Virus record (IMG/VR): IMGVR_UViG_3300046779_000733
Location: 1-28,158 of that record
Source: a virus
Taxonomy: Duplodnaviria; Caudoviricetes
Reading direction: 5' to 3' (one strand)
DNA length: 28,158 nucleotides
Shown: piece after piece, positions 25,299 to 28,158 of the stretch
Layout of the letters: the number at the start of each line of letters is the position of its first letter
Position numbering within the stretch: position 1 is the first letter of the stretch
Translations under genes and position numbers: made by a program
Notes under the pieces: generated by a model
Databases searched by the model: none
What the model was told of the DNA's origin: nothing
Seen by the model: the letters and a program-made list of their open reading frames with translations, nothing else

Positions 25299-25742
25299 TT
25301 ACCACTCACCCTGGTCTACAATTAGAGATGATGTAGTAGTTAATTCTGCATCTGTTGCATATGTATCATTCAATGAACCAGTGAATTGATTTAATGAATC
25401 TAATATACCAATAACTTGTGACGAACCTGAAACTAATGTTGGTTTGTTTACTACATCTGCAAAATCAATTGAGTCTGCAAGTATTTCTCCAACTATCTGC
25501 GATGATGATATACTACCCGATGCTAATGATAAATTTACTTGTGCAGATGAACTAATTACACCTTCCGGTAATATTGCTTCAACATTATTTACAATAACAT
25601 TTATAATAGATTGTGATAATGAAGTTTGTAATGATTGAGATACTGCATTTTGAACAGATGCAGAAAAGTCCGTACCCGTTGATGCAGCAGTTGTTAATGC
25701 AGAACCACTTTCTATTTGTTTTAATCTTATAAAATTTGCCAT
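25299..25742 (-). CDS. Small fibre adaptor protein
   Basis: Shares LP.GVISSSAQ and NKPTLVSGSSQ motifs with neighbours; ends VDQGEW. Confidence 0.65.
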   Translation of the reverse strand: MANFIRLKQIESGSALTTAASTGTDFSASVQNAVSQSLQTSLSQSIINVIVNNVEAILPEGVISSSAQVNLSLASGSISSSQIVGEILADSIDFADVVNKPTLVSGSSQVIGILDSLNQFTGSLNDTYATDAELTTTSSLIVDQGEW

Positions 25743-25748
25743 AATCTA

Positions 25749-27758
25749 TTAATATAATCTTTCTATTGAAATAAAGTTGTTAAGATAACTAGCACCTATC
25801 ATTAGTGAAACACGATAAACTCTATTATTTGTTTTATCTAATATTTGATATTGAGAACCATCACCTTCCGTTGGAAAATGCCAATTGTATAAAGAAGTTG
25901 ATGCAGTTGTTGTATATGTACCATTATTAGCAGTACCACCGCCTGTTCCACCACTAACAGTATATTGACCACTAATATTAGCAGTATATGATGTTGAAAC
26001 CGCACCCAAACTCAATCCTCTATTTCCAGATGTTGTGACCGTACATTTAATATTATCCAAACTTACAAAAGTTCCTGCATCCACAAATCCACTTGCTTTC
26101 CATATCAATTCACCGGCTACACCAGCAGGTGCTTTACTTAAATCTACATGAACACCTCTAAAAGTGCCACCACCTTCGAATATTCTCAATCTATCTCTGT
26201 AAATATCTACCGATGCATAACTTCCTGTTAAAGTTGTATTAGTTTGTGCCGTTACTAATTGTAATTCACCACCTTCATCACCACCAGTACCACCTATTGT
26301 TACTTGTCCATTAAATCTATTTGTTCCTGTAAATACATTATTTGTAGATGGTAGGTTTGTATTTGTTCTTAATTCCACTGCCGTTAAAAGCGGACCTGTT
26401 GATTCTCCAAAATCAAAAGTTCCAGCCATATTATCCGTAGTTCTCATACTATATGTATAAGTTCCTGCTGATGGTGTATCTATTACATTTAAACAATATG
26501 GTACATTTAGATTTGAAGTATTTTCAACTTGAATAATATTTCCAATCCCATTTCCATCTCTAAAAATTTGTAATCTAGCCCAAGCAGTTCCTCCTATTGG
26601 ATTTGCATCTCCGGTCACCATAATTTGAACTGGGTTACCCGTTGTAGTAATACTTCCACTTACTATGGATGTACCTACTGATGTAATTCCGGTTCGTCTA
26701 TTTCCTAATACTTGTGTATAATTTGGGCTTCCACTTATAATAGTTGCTTCTAATGTATCAAATCTACTATCTACTGATGTTGAGAATGATTGCGTAAATG
26801 AGTTTAAGTTGGTAATTGAAGTTTGTAGTGAGCCCGTTTCACTTTCCAAAACATATCTACTATCAAATGAACTTGTCAATTGTGAAGAACCACTAATCGT
26901 TCCTACTGGTATCGTTGCTGATGAACTTATAAATCCAAATGCCGTTATTTGCGCAGAAGAACTTACTAAATTTAAAGGTAATGGTTGAACACTGCCACTC
27001 AATGTATATCTTATATCAAATGAAGATGTTAATTGCGATGATGAACTTATTGCTCCATTTAAACTTGTCAAAAATGAACCCGTTTCACTTTCAGTAATCC
27101 AACTACCACTTACATTTTCAATTGCGTTTAATCTATCAACTAAACTTGCCGTTGAAATACTTGCAGTAAAATTATTTAAAGGTGTTAAATCGGTAGATTG
27201 TGAAACTATACCAGATGGTTTATTTGCAATGTTATCCCAAGTAGTTTGAGTAATACTTCCGCTAATCACATATCTTTCATCATAAGAACTTGTCAATTGA
27301 GAACTACCACTTATTAAACCATTGAAAGATTGTTCGTTAGTTGCCGATACAATTTCACTATGAACCGATGCTGAAAAATCATTGAAAGACGATGTTTGTA
27401 ATCTTGCATTTATTCCGTTTGTGAATGCGGTATTTAATATATCTTGTGATGATGTAAATGAATTTAGAGAAGTTATATCGGTATGTGATGAACTTATAAA
27501 TCCAAAATTACTAATTTGTACCGATGAACTAATTGTTCCTATTGGTATAGAAACTGGTGAATAAGATGATGAAAAATATTCCAACGAATCTAATCTCAAA
27601 TCCGTAGAACGAGATACCATATTTACAACGGCATCTTCTAAAACATCTAATGTAATTTTATATGTAGCACCATTATCTATTCCTAAAACATAAGTGTTTA
27701 GAGAAGCAGATGCTAGTGTATTTAATTCAGATATTTTTTTAGTTTGTCTTATTGCCAT
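25749..27758 (-). CDS. Fibre / receptor-binding protein with KISEL N-terminus and two C-terminal beta domains
   Basis: KKISEL start; repeated GxISxSSQLTSSFDxRY; IDTPSAGTYTY beta-sandwich; GGDEGGELQL linker; terminal YRVSLMIG...NNFISIERL domain. Confidence 0.7.
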   Translation of the reverse strand: MAIRQTKKISELNTLASASLNTYVLGIDNGATYKITLDVLEDAVVNMVSRSTDLRLDSLEYFSSSYSPVSIPIGTISSSVQISNFGFISSSHTDITSLNSFTSSQDILNTAFTNGINARLQTSSFNDFSASVHSEIVSATNEQSFNGLISGSSQLTSSYDERYVISGSITQTTWDNIANKPSGIVSQSTDLTPLNNFTASISTASLVDRLNAIENVSGSWITESETGSFLTSLNGAISSSSQLTSSFDIRYTLSGSVQPLPLNLVSSSAQITAFGFISSSATIPVGTISGSSQLTSSFDSRYVLESETGSLQTSITNLNSFTQSFSTSVDSRFDTLEATIISGSPNYTQVLGNRRTGITSVGTSIVSGSITTTGNPVQIMVTGDANPIGGTAWARLQIFRDGNGIGNIIQVENTSNLNVPYCLNVIDTPSAGTYTYSMRTTDNMAGTFDFGESTGPLLTAVELRTNTNLPSTNNVFTGTNRFNGQVTIGGTGGDEGGELQLVTAQTNTTLTGSYASVDIYRDRLRIFEGGGTFRGVHVDLSKAPAGVAGELIWKASGFVDAGTFVSLDNIKCTVTTSGNRGLSLGAVSTSYTANISGQYTVSGGTGGGTANNGTYTTTASTSLYNWHFPTEGDGSQYQILDKTNNRVYRVSLMIGASYLNNFISIERLY

Positions 27759-27759
27759 T

Positions 27760-28158
27760 TTAAATTATTATATCAAAGTTGTCATCTTCGGTTATCAAAT
27801 CACCTAATTCTTCTGTTGTAATTTGAACATTTACCAATTTACCTATAACATAAATATCACTCGCTTGTGTATTTTCAAAATCAATGTAGTTATCTAACAA
27901 AGTTACAACCACATCGTTTCCAATTTGTTTTACTGTATAATCTGATGGTATTTTTAATCCAAACAAAAATACTTCAAAATTATATGATGTTGGTTCTTCC
28001 GTTCCATATGCCAAATTTACATTGTATATCGTCAATGTATTATTTATCGAATCAAATACATCTACTGCTCTTTCTATATTTCTAGCACTATATTCAAAAA
28101 TTTCAGAATGAAAATCGTTTATAGTATTCGTATTATTTACCAATTTAATTGGATTTGG
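27760..28158 (-). CDS. Partial structural protein (5' end outside window) with acidic C-terminal tail
   Basis: Frame stays open from the track's TTG at 28143 to the window edge (PNPIKLVNN...); ends ITTEELGDLITEDDNFDIII. Confidence 0.7.
   Translation of the reverse strand, partial: PNPIKLVNNTNTINDFHSEIFEYSARNIERAVDVFDSINNTLTIYNVNLAYGTEEPTSYNFEVFLFGLKIPSDYTVKQIGNDVVVTLLDNYIDFENTQASDIYVIGKLVNVQITTEELGDLITEDDNFDIII

Noticed and set aside
14341-27758. Diversity-generating retroelement acting on fibre tips
   Set aside because: No reverse transcriptase and no template/variable repeat pair with adenine-specific differences seen in this window
1-28158. Stop-codon reassignment
   Set aside because: Genes are full length in code 11, and TAG ends genes at natural boundaries (3163, 19195)
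1-28158. tRNA, rRNA or structured ncRNA genes
   Set aside because: Intergenic gaps are short and show no cloverleaf or other recognisable RNA signature

Overview
A fragment of a large, AT-rich, tailed dsDNA phage genome (myovirus, distantly T4-like tail module). The host is probably Bacteroidota, inferred from A-rich start regions lacking Shine-Dalgarno sequences. All credible genes are on the minus strand. In transcription order (high to low coordinates): eight fibre or fibre-adaptor genes, seven of them Ser/Thr-rich, ending in a fibre with a peptidase-S74 chaperone; a GT-B/GT4-like glycosyltransferase; a Hint(BIL)+LamG protein; tail sheath; tail tube; a gp26-like assembly chaperone with a probable frameshift extension; tape measure; tube-initiator, LysM-wedge and hub baseplate genes; a PhyH-family 2OG-Fe(II) enzyme; a terminator; and small early-type genes behind sigma70-like promoters. 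Main hypotheses: (1) a virion glycosylation system, in which the embedded glycosyltransferase modifies a pervasive [ST]-[GAS]-S tripeptide in fibres and sheath; (2) a plug-and-socket code of acidic C-terminal and basic N-terminal peptides linking consecutive fibre subunits; (3) a putative late promoter, ATATTTATA, that is the reverse complement of the T4 late promoter; (4) a +1/-2 frameshift in the tail chaperone; (5) a PhyH enzyme with HQN in place of HxD. All family calls come from reading motifs by eye; no searches were run.
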